The notes under the pieces are model-generated. The model was not told the DNA's origin and made no database searches. It worked only from the letters and a program-made list of their open reading frames with translations. The position numbers were made by a program, and so were the translations under genes. A stretch of 64,000 nucleotides of DNA from the NCBI RefSeq assembly GCF_000143415.4, contig NW_003314336.1:113296-177295 (forward strand). Direction: 5' to 3'. Each line of letters opens with the position of its first letter. The first letter of the stretch is position 1. Of the stretch, positions 1 to 10,667 are shown in pieces. The stretch is from Selaginella moellendorffii. Lineage: Eukaryota; Plantae; Lycopodiophyta.

Positions 1-2836
1 AGTGCATAATTGAATGAGGTATTTCTAATAAATATTTCACTCACCTCATATAGGAATGGCTACCACTCTCAAATGGCGTATCGCCTCATGCCATCACCTC
101 GCAATTTGTTATAACAATCCAATGAATTCATATTCGGCTTGTTCACCTTGAACTTTAAGTAAGATTTGCTAGAACAACTAAGAATTTATACTTGTTATTT
201 GTATCATCTCACCTAGGAATGGCGTAAGGCCACATGCCATCACGCCTCCTCTGATTCAGATTCAGATTGTTCACCTTGAAATAAAATACATTAGAAACTT
301 AGTAAAGGAATATTAATGAATCTCACCTTGAACTTGGGTTATGAATGCTCTTGCTGCATCTCTTGCATGGTCTGGCAAGGTGATAGTGGCACTCTGCTTC
401 CGCATCCAACCATGCACAACATTATCCACCGATATGCTTATGCTGGGATCCCTTGGATTCAGCACCCATCTCTTTTCTAGGCAATCCTTCATATATCCGG
501 AACTTAGCTTGAACCACTCCACAGTTACATTGAAGGAGTTAGTTTCTGCGTCCTCCTCTGCATCAGTGATGCAGCGCCCCACCCATATCATTTGTTTTTT
601 ATTACTGGGTCTGACAAGCACGACCATTCCTTTGCAGACCTGTACTGGATTGAATGTTGAATCCGGCTTCTTGTTCCTCGGCCCACAATAGTGATCCTCA
701 ACATCGTTATCTGTCACTGCATTTCCAGAGGATATTGTTCCGCTACTATCTGGTGCTCTGGGTTCTGGCCAAAAGGACTCTTCCAATTCTTCATATACAA
801 CCGGCCCATTTTGGATAGCAAATATAATCTTCTCCCAGTATTCTAGCAAAGGCTTGCACCTCTTAAAATAGGATTCTCCACCAAACACCAACCCCCTCTT
901 CCAGAAGGCAATATGCTATCTAATCCCGGCCACTATACTTTCCTGGTCTTTGAGTCCATCCGGGTGCATCGGCCGTGGGGAACCCTGAGGAATCATAGGT
1001 TCCCTAGTTATGGGATCTCTCTTGAAGAGTTCAATGCCGTCCACTGGCAGCCACACTGTATCCCATTCTCTCATCTTGTACCTCATCACTGGAGCACCGT
1101 CACGCATGCTGAAATGAAACTGAAGAGGCTTGGAGTGGCCAATCAGCGTTTCGAATCCGTCCCTGATGTAGCCTCTTACAAACCCCTTAAAGTCTGGAAC
1201 CTATGTCACAAGTGCAGCTTCAATAGTGCCTTTGATGCAATTTTGGAATTCATTGTAGAGTTGTGGGAGGGTGAGGACATTGGATCGCCGGAGGGACTCT
1301 GCCAGGTGGACCCATAGAGGTACAAAGAAGTTCCCATAGTTCTGGGCACCATGCCCATGAGCGATTATGCCAAACAGAGACACAGGCAGCTGCATGGATG
1401 AAGAGATTGCCTTGGGGGCAGGATTGAGTCGAGGTAAGCACGTCTTTTTCTGGTCCATTTTGTCGTGGATGATGCAGAGGTAAGACTCAGGTCTCTCCAT
1501 GGAGAGAATCCTGTTATGATAATATGTAGTCCTATAGCTTCTCTGCTCGATGTTGTGGTCGAGTCGCCTTCTAACCAACGTCTCTCGCTCTTGAGTGCTG
1601 CAAGAATTCTTCGACAAAGCCATTTTGATAGCAGTGCACTCGTCACACTTTGAAAAGCTGGAGTACTTTCCTATACTCACATCCCTGAACCTGTTGCTCC
1701 ACAATCTACTAAATCTAGATTGGCACAGCTTCTTGTAGCCATTACTCTGGAGTTCCCGATTCACATCTTCCAATATGGCCCCCTTGGTATACATGGAAGG
1801 GAGAACTCGTTGGGTGTCTCGTGTTCCATCTTCCAAGAGGCAGGTTTTATGTGGTTGCTGCTCGCTACATGTCTTGACAAACCTCTTGAAGATTGCCTCT
1901 CCATATACAACATGACCCTTGGTTTTGTGCGTACCGTCGCTCCCATGGACTGCCTGTTGAACCTTTTGTTCCTCGAACTCAGTTTTGATTCTGTAGAATG
2001 TGGTTCGAGGGACTCCATAAATGATTCTCCATGCCTTCATGCAGACCAAACCCCTCTGGAAGACCATGCCCCCCACCTGATGTTCTGAAGCATCAACAGA
2101 TGACCGTAATGCCTCATACACAAAATTGCGAGCTGCCTTCCAGGACAATATCTTGTATCTTGCTCTCTCCTCTTCAATAGCATCCCAATCAGCATGTTGA
2201 CAGCACCTCCTTTTGCAACAAGCAACTGTCGAGACCATTTGAACCTCCATCGCCATTTTCTGCCTTTTCGGTTCGTTGCTCAGATCCCTTTGGCTGCGCT
2301 TTAGGAAGGTGTACTTTCTTTTCCCATGAAGAGATGTTCTGTCATAAGTTGTAGTGGTGTTTGATTGTGAATCCTTCACATTCTCAAACACTAAGTGCCT
2401 CAATTTCCACCGCACAATGCTTCCAATAGTCAGACTATTTTCTTCTGTGTCAACAACCTCTAAAATCGCAACTCCAATATCATCCCAGCCCAATTCTTGA
2501 TTAGCAACCGCATCTCTTGGATCGACAACTGTGGCTAAGCCCTCAGCTACCACCTCCCCCTCGGGGTTGTTTAGAAACACCTTTGCCTGAATCCATGTAG
2601 CACGGTTCTTAAGATCCACGGAGGGAACATGCATCGCACTTGCACTGTCTTCAACATCTGCTTTCTTCTGAAGATTTTTCAAGGCAACAACAACATTTAC
2701 CACAACGACCATCTCTCCTCATTCAATAGCGACCACATTCCCATCGAAGACAGTCTCTACTGATACAGCAGCATTGCTTTCCCCAAGCCTTTGACAGTGT
2801 ATAACAAAGTTCCGATCCATAGACACAAGGGTCCCT

Positions 2837-3429
2837 TGTAAGCAACCAAAGGGAACGACTTGAGAGACGATCCATGGGGTTCAAATATAGAGGGAAAGGG
2901 CCCATGAATAAGAGTGCACCCCCTTTTCCAATCGGTTAAGGGTCTTGGGATATTTGGGGTTAAGCGTCCTTGGGTTTGAATAGTACTGGGCTGGGTGACC
3001 TCCCGGGAAGTCCAAACTCAGGAGCTTACATTTGGTATCAGAGGGGTCTCGGGTCCAACTCTGTTGGTTGGCTATGGGAATCACACCACATGTTGATTGA
3101 CATCTGGCTGGTCCAGTTTGCTCCCGCTGGGCTCGACCCGAGGGGTAGGGTGTCAAGAGAGCGAGGCTCTCGGGAGAGCTGCGGCTCTCAGCTTCCGTTC
3201 ACGAGGGCGTGAACTTGCAGGGAAGCGTGGTGGATTGTAAGCAACCAAAGGGAACGACTTGAGAGACGATCCATGGGGTTCAAATATAGAGGGAAAGGGC
3301 CCATGAATAAGAGTGCACCCCCTTTTCCAATCGGTTAAGGGTCTTGGGATATTTGGGGTTAAGCGTCCTTGGGTTTGAATAGTACTGGGCTGGGTGACCT
3401 CCCGGAAAGTCCAAACTCAGGAGCTTATA
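2837..3429 (+). mobile_element. Cassandra TRIM (5S rRNA-containing terminal-repeat retrotransposon in miniature), copy 1
   Basis: 194-bp LTRs at 2837-3030 and 3236-3429 (TGTAAG...CTTACA/TA, 2 differences). PBS TGGTATCAGAGG (tRNA-iMet-like) at 3033, PPT-like GGGAAGCGTGGTGGAT, 5-bp TSD TCCCT (2832-2836/3430-3434), 5S core in each LTR. Confidence 0.95.
2958..3013 (+). promoter_or_regulatory. 5S rRNA-derived Pol III internal promoter (A box-IE-C box) in the Cassandra LTR; equivalent segments occur in the other three Cassandra LTRs
   Basis: GGTTAAGCGTCCTTGGGTTTGAATAGTACTGGGCTGGGTGACCTCCCGGGAAGTCC matches the 3' half of plant 5S rRNA (A box AGTTAAGCG, C box GGATGGGTGACC). Confidence 0.9.
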
Positions 3430-3857
3430 TCCCTTTTGCAACTCTCTTCCCACCATTCAAAATGTAGACCTTTTCCCCAACCCTGAAGGCTATTCTGAAA
3501 GTGCAGAAAAGAAGTTAAGACCATACAAAAAATGATTGGAGAATGGCCTAAATCATAACATACCAAACAACCTCAATAATATGAGGCCACATGCCATTAT
3601 TCAAACATGCTATTGACACCCACATGAAATTTCGCATTCACAAAATTGGCATGAGGCCTCATGCCATCTTGATATACACACAGCTGCAGGCAAGTAAAAA
3701 CATACATGACAATACGCTAGCCATGAAATTGCAAGGGCCCAAGATGGCATGTGGCCTCATGCCATTTCTAAATGTGGTCCTAAGCCATTCCATGGTGAAC
3801 ATACCAGGAAGCACAAGTGCCGAATATCAAGAGGAAGCGGTAGCCACACCAAAGATA

Positions 3858-4050
3858 GTGCCGCTCGCAACACCGCAACTACTCGTAGCGCCGCTCGCAA
3901 CACCGCAACTGCTCGTAGTGCCGCTCACACAAACTGCCACTCGCATAAACTGCCGCTCGCAATGACGCTCGCAATGCCGCAACCGCTCGTAGACGCATAA
4001 ACCACAGCTCACAACGCCGCTTACATAAGCAGCGCTCACTGCGCTCAGCG
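3858..4050. repeat. GC-rich imperfect tandem repeats (CCGCTCGCAACACCGCAACT units) upstream of the transposase
   Basis: A 30-bp unit repeats at about 3860 and 3890, followed by degenerate copies. A similar CGCGCTCGCATCG-rich tract lies at about 5140-5310, upstream of the cargo gene. Confidence 0.75.
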
Positions 4051-4788
4051 GAACCAAGAATACGGCGCACAAAAATGATAGACCTAGGAATGAGTTCGAG
4101 AATTCAAAAATAACACACGCTTGAACGTCACATCAAATCCTCTGACAAACTAGATCTTATGATTCCTCTGACAAATTTCAAACTGAGTAGCTTCTAGACT
4201 TTGCTGTCGGAGGTTGAACTTTGTCACATCATGTCCTTGCCTCGATCCAGCTGTGCCATGTCAGTGATTCAAACTTTGCCATGCCATGTCAGCAATCCGC
4301 GCCAAGATTATTCGCCGTGTAAAGGAATAATTATACTGTGTATGTACGTCCATTTATGGCAATATAAGGCCACACGCCATTCAAAGAATAATGCTAATCG
4401 AGCATTTTTTGGTGCATTTTTGGGTTCAAAATTGCATGAGCCCACACGCTATAAAGTTTACCTGTACCAAAAATAGAAACAGCTTTATTTACTTGGGAAT
4501 TTAAGTGGTTGAGGCATTTTTAAACTTACAAACACATGCCCTACTTACATTCCTTTGGTTGCTTAAAATTCAAAAATATTATAAACCTTTCTTTTTGCAT
4601 TTTCAATGTTTTCAATTATGGTTTTTGATTTTCGCAGGACCAGCCTAGTAATCTATTTGCATCCCGTCATGTTTATAGCTAGCTTTCGTTTGTCCCCTTC
4701 GCTAGCCTGAGATACATCTGCTCGGCATCTGCCTCTTACAGCATTTGCCCAGAAAGGGCATCTTTCTTCACGCAGCATTTGCCACATG

Positions 4789-4807
4789 TTTAGGGTTTAG
4801 GGTTTAG
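4789..4807. promoter_or_regulatory. Short interstitial telomeric repeat / telo-box between the divergent genes
   Basis: TTTAGGGTTTAGGGTTTAG. A regulatory role is inference. Confidence 0.5.
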
Positions 4808-5507
4808 CAATTCAGTAGCTTGATAAACATGCAAATACAGAACTTGATATACCATTCTTTATTTAGCTGAACATCTGGCATTTTTGGAAATACAAGATGC
4901 TTTGGAATATCCAATCATGCATGGTATAAATATAGCGAGGGTATTAAATGATATCCCAATCATGATCTTTCTTTTGGATTTCGCGTGCATGCAGTCCGAG
5001 GAATGATGACGTTGCGGATTTCTTTTGGATTTCACGTGCATGCATGCACGCGGCGATCTAGAAATTAATGGTGGCGCCCAAGTCCGAGGAATGATGACGT
5101 TGCGGGATTACCAACCGTCGTGACATTTCACGCGTGTGAGGTTAGGTTTTGCATTTTGCTTCGTACTCGCGCTCGCATCGCGCTCCCACTCGCGATCACG
5201 CTCACATTCGCGCTCATCTACCTTTTCTACAGGTTTCTCGTGTGCATCGGCGTCCACTCGCGCTTGCATCACACTCGCACTCGCATCGCGCTCGTGTGCA
5301 TCGGCATCCATTTCAAGACACACCTAGTTTGTAACTTCGCCGCCAACTCCGCCACCCACACGCAGCCCACTTGGCGTCCCGGGAGATTTCAGCGCCACTC
5401 TCCAACTGTAAGTGGTAGAGTAGCCTTGCTGCTACGATCCGCTGCACACACAGTGCACATTCGCCAGCGAGTCCAGCCTCGATTGTCACGCCTCCATTCG
5501 GCTTCAA

Positions 5508-8500
5508 ATGGTAAGTCTTTTAGGCCAAGTAGAAAATGGCATGAGGCCACATGCCATTCAGTAGCAACATTGGCATGCACCGATTGGGCTATCGAGTGCA
5601 GTTCGGTTACAGATGGCGTGTAGCCTCACGCCATCTTAGGATGCAGCCTCAAGACATCTGATGCAGTGGTGAATGGCGTGTGGCCTCACATTATTTCCAG
5701 CTGCTAACTTTTCATCTATCAGCTCTAATTGTTGTGCATTTCTGAATAGGCGAGGAATTGCGTTCTTCTTCCAGCCATTGTTAATGTGGATGCAGAGAAG
5801 GGGGAGGAGCTCACCAGTTGGACTTTTGGGATGGAAGGCGAGGATCTGAGGCTATACAACACAGATAGTGGGAGAAAAGAATGCATGGGGATCCTCATCC
5901 AAGTGACAGACACTCCATGCAGTTCCATGCAAGAATATGGACGGGCACTTGTGGTAGAGACAGCGTCCGCCTTCAAGATCCACCTTGCACATCCTAGCGG
6001 CTTCCCGGAGGGGGGCAGCGGCTATGAGGAATTCCTAGAGGGAGCTAGGGAGAGGTTGTCCAGGAGGCCCACAATTTCAAAGACGCTGCGGGTCTATGAA
6101 GATCACATGGAATCCACGAACCTCACCTACGGCGATGTTCAAAAACTATATTCCAACATTGAGCCATTGAGAGTGCCTCCAGTTCGCGAAGCGAAGGGGA
6201 AGGGGGTCGATCTGGAAACTACCCCGAAGCAGAAAAGGGTGGTCAAGCTCAAGTCGACGTCCGACTCTCCTGCTCCAAAAAAGAAGCTACTCGGTGATGC
6301 CATTGCCTCAGGTTCGAACACTACACCCACCAAAAAGAAGAGCCGCAAAGAGCAGAAAGAGCAAGAAGAGGCAGCAAAAATCGTCGCAGGTAATAGTACT
6401 TGTTACTATTCCAAGAAAGTATATACAATTAACGTGAGCCATATCGACATCCAAAGAAAATACAACCACAGGCTAGTATCTGATGAGTGGGTGGAGAAAC
6501 TGAAGCAGAAGATGCTGGCAAGTCCAGTAACACCTGACATCGCAGACGTGATCCCCTACTACCGAACAATGAAGGGCGAGACAAGGTTTCCAGACTTGAT
6601 CAATAGGAAGGTGTTGGACGATCAGAACATCCGGTTCTATGCCGTCTTCGGGTAGCATTCTAGCTTGGCGATGCAAGAGATAGTTGTGGATATTATGGTG
6701 GGCGAGGAGGTGAAGAAAGTCTTCAAGACAAGAGTTGCCCGCCTGATAAAAGGCAACTCGCCCCTCCGATCTATCATATACATCTCCCACGCACAGAATG
6801 TCAAGCAAGAAACGTGCTACAAATCGGGTCTGCACGAGACATTGGCACGAACACGGAAGCTCTGGGTTCAACTGAAGAAGCCACAAAAACCAGGACAAGG
6901 ACGTGCACTAGCAACTAGCGCCTGGCAGGTAAGCCTCGTTGCATGTGGCATAGCATGTGGCCTCATGCCATTTCCATTGCAGGAATTCTTGAGTCTTCTC
7001 TCGAAAACACTGGGGGTCAATGACACACTCAACATCCATAACATTCTACTCGCGACAAAAGTTGTTTTTGACAAATGGGTAGATATGCTGAGGAGGTACC
7101 ATGACAGGGAGTTGCTAAACTCAATGGGTGTGGAGGACGGCCGGAAGCCCAATGATTTGAAGCTCAATGCCTTGCGTTTCTCGCGGTCTCTAGACGACGA
7201 CGACCTTCTGACAGTGGCTAATGCTCTTCTACGTGGTGAGGTAGTCTTCAACAAGACCAAAATGACTCCCGGCCATATTGTGACATACGAGGACTTGTGC
7301 ACGACTCTGAGAGCTCGTGCGCTATTGAAGGATTGGATCTTCGAGCAAGTGGCCGTGGAGAGGGTGAGCATCGACACCACGCAAGAGATGATGGAAGCGC
7401 TGGAGTTGTCAAATGAAGACATCGACGAGTACGTGAAGGGGGCCCCCAAGTTCATCGATCTGCTACGGGATGCTACGAAAAGTAAAGCTAAGAAGTTGGA
7501 TCAGTATCCAAATTTCATTAAGAGGGATGTCGACCGCCGGCTTCAGAAACAGCTCGACCCCGCAGCAGAGGCCTATCGAGAACCTTACCGGGTATACGTG
7601 ACGGCTAAGGAGCTTTCGAATCCAAAGAAAGCTCCAGGTGCAGCATGGGAAATGCTCAGCTGGGTCTTCAACGCAATAGCGGGTGACTCCAAGGGCAAAT
7701 GCGTTGTCGAGTACAACTGCGGCGGACTATTCTTTTGAGCCGCACTACTCAAGGGTGTCCCGTGTGTTGCGGTGACAAACTCCATTGAAGAGGTGACTTC
7801 AATGGAGCATATAATTACAGTTGCCAAAGAAAAACAGTATCTTCTCTGCGAACCTGGTGAGTACACACTTTAAGTTTAAATGTTATCTCACAAGCTCTGT
7901 ATGCAGGAGCGTGGCCACCCCCAGATGCTGAAACGGCGTTAACAACTACTATTGAAGATACCCATGTTGGGCCGAGCTCACAACCTGCACAAGGTAAGGT
8001 CACGTGAGGCCTCATGCCATTTTGATTATAGATTGTTGTGAATATTCAGACACGAGGACTGAAAAGCGCACTGGTGGCGCATCGAAGAAGGACAAACAAA
8101 CAAGCAATAGGAAAAAAGGAGGTACAAATTATATTTGCAATGGCGTGTGGTCTCATGCCATTCCTTGCAGGAGACACTTCTTCAAAGGCAAAATAGGCAA
8201 GCACCAGCCAAGCTCAAACTGACAGTGGTCATAAAAAGCGAAAGCACGTTGGACAGTCGTCGGGATCAGAGGTGTTTGATTCGAAAAGGAAGAAGGGCAA
8301 CGAAAAGATGATAGGTAATGCCTCGTGGTTATGGCGTGTGTGCTCATGCCATTCATTGCAGATCAAGGGCTGAGTGAAAGCAGCCAGTCACCACCTCCTG
8401 ACTCAGATTCCTATGGCGGACTCCCCTTCCCCAATCTCAATGGAGAGGTACAATGGATGAGGGATTCTTTTCAAGTAAGGGCCACGTTTTTCTCATCTCG

Positions 8501-10667
8501 TCGTCTTCGAAGGGTGCAAGAACGTGCAGAAACCATGCTAAGACAGGGTGAGGATACGGTCCTAGGTCACGCACTAAAACAGGCTATGGATGTCTTGTAT
8601 TTTGAGATGGAGACTCGGCCAGATGATTTTCCCAAGATGGTCCTGGAAGAACAAGCCATCCAGCCTGAGCAGCCTATGGAAGAAATGCAGGAGGGGGATG
8701 AGGAGCCAGAGAAAGATAATGAGCAGGAAGAGCAGAAGGATGAAGAGGAGGACAAAGAAGAGGAGGACGAAGAGGACTTGGATGGTCCTCACAATGGTGA
8801 TGATCACAATAACGACGACGACGATGATGACGACGATGGCCAGCCTAAGGTGGCCAAAGAGCAGCGGAGGAAGGTCATACAAGACAAACCATCAGGTAAA
8901 TAATAGTACATCCATTCCTAACCTTTTACCATTTCTAACATTGTCCATGTAGGTCGCAGAGCAAATGGTAAGTAGAGATTATTCAGTTGAATTAAGATAC
9001 AAACTCTAGCCTTTAGTGTCAAGGAAGGATAGTGCCAAGCAAGGGTCAAAACGTATGTCCAATCCTTCAGAATCAGCAGTGCGCCTAAGTGATATCGGTC
9101 CTAGTTCCTCAATAGCAGTTGATGGTAAATATAGTATAGTCGATTCAATGTGCTAATGAGTTTGTTTTTAGTAGCCAGTAGGGAGGATACCATCTCAATC
9201 GAAGGGAGATATTTGGACATGCATATGGATCCGCTAGTGGACTCTACTTGCCTGCAAGAGTCATCAGAGCTGGTGGAGGCTACTATCCATATCAACGCCA
9301 AGCAAGCTGACCACGCTCCACTTGATGCTGCCCATACCACTGAGTCAATCTTGTCCACGTATCCAACTGACAGTGACCAGGCGCCATTGGACCCGCATGA
9401 GGCCGCCCCAGCTGCCGAGCCGGTCGTATCCTCATTTCCAACGGACTCAACGTGTGCCCAATCGTCTGACTACGCGCCGTTGGAACCTCCCTACACCGCC
9501 CCTGCTGCCTGTTCGGTCATGTCCACTTTGCCAACGGAGGCACCAGTTGAAATGGCATATGATCACACGCCATCGGAACCACCCCATGCCACTGTTGAGC
9601 CAGTTGTACCAGAGTCTACAGCTGAAATGGCATGCCCACACGCCATCGGATGCGATTGACCCCACATTGCAGAGGAGAGTATTTCCGCCCTTCACATTTC
9701 CTCGACCAAAACTCTCTCAACGACCATCAGGAGCACCATTCGCTAATATTGTAGATGGTAAAATTGACTTGTACAATTTTTTATGCTGATGCATTTCATT
9801 TCAGAGTCACGGCAAAGGTATTGTATCGTTTTTGATCTGAACGGTGTCCTTTTCTCCCATGAGCGTGGCTCGTCCTTGAATGTCACTGCACCCTCCAAAG
9901 CCTGCGGTCGCAAGTTGGTCAAAAGAGACAGATTCACATTAATCACACGGGAGAAATTGCGGGATCTAATAATGACCATGCGACACTTAAAACAGAGGGC
10001 TAGGTTCAATTTGCAATTGGGAGTTTGGACATCCATGATGCGCCACAATGCATTAACGTTGCTACAGATGATGCACGATCAAACGCGAGTAATATTACCA
10101 TTTGACTTTCTCCTAACGCAGGAGGATTGCTTGACTATGGTCCATGTGAGGGGTAGGAAGCCCATCTTCGTCAAGCCAGAGGCTGTAGTGATGAACCGGA
10201 CTGCTAGGTCAAGTGAAATCCTCATCATCGATGACTCGCCGATTAAAACTGCAGCGAACACGCACACATATGCAGTGCACCCCATCTCTTGCAGTATGGA
10301 AACTAGGGAGAAGAAACCGTATGTTCTGGGGGACCTTGCAAAACGGCTTGGAGCGATGGTGATAGAGAACCGGCCAGTCCAGGAGGTGGCTGCAGAAATC
10401 AACCAAATGGCAGATTGAACGGTATATCAGAAGCCATTTGATCGGACAGACACCAGTCATCATTTATGGCATGTATATTGTCTAGCCAAGCACTATCCGC
10501 ATCTCCATAATCTGCTCAACCGGATGGGTTCTTCGACCACTGAACATGAGTGTGGACGTATTAGAGAAGCGATGGCATTACTATTGGGTTTAAATCTTGA
10601 TAGTGTGGAGAGTGATGAAATTCCAAGATTATTGTATAGGCGTTGGAGGCAAAAAATAACAGTCTGA
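5508..10667 (+). pseudogene. 11-exon transposon cargo gene: ParB/Sulfiredoxin-like domain, amino-MTase-like SAM-binding segment, acidic/low-complexity linker, C-terminal FCP1/NIF (HAD) phosphatase
   Basis: ATG at 5508 and GT-AG introns 5511-5749, 6929-6982, 7857-7906, 7994-8049, 8122-8170, 8315-8361, 8896-8952, 8968-9016, 9125-9171 and 9758-9804 join the ORFs in consistent phase. Motifs: YNHRLVSDEWVEKLKQKM...FYAVFG(Q>*)HSSLA; CVVEYNCGG...AALLKGVPCVAV; IVFDLNGVL...VWTS...IIDDSPIK. Four in-frame stops (6653, 7736, 8194, 10416) and a 2-nt deletion near 9633. Confidence 0.8.

Larger units (their letters stand above)
313..3494 (-). pseudogene. Sola-like (DUF7869-type) DDD/E transposase, disrupted
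   Basis: ORF 1201-2712 has CCKRRCC, CMKAWRIIYG, FSKCDEC and YLCIIHDKMDQKKTCLP motifs. The frame reads through the TAG at 1201-1203 into ORFs 916-1107 and 313-891 (a further stop and a frameshift). The N-terminal part (VGEKVYILNGGKRVAKG|TLVSMD...) is split by Cassandra at 2837-3429. Two VAxG-type beta domains resemble CACTA TNP1 C-terminal domains. Confidence 0.72.

Noticed and set aside
2958-3013. 5S rRNA gene
   Set aside because: Only the 3' ~55 nt are present and they lie inside LTRs. This is the Cassandra 5S domain, not an rRNA locus.
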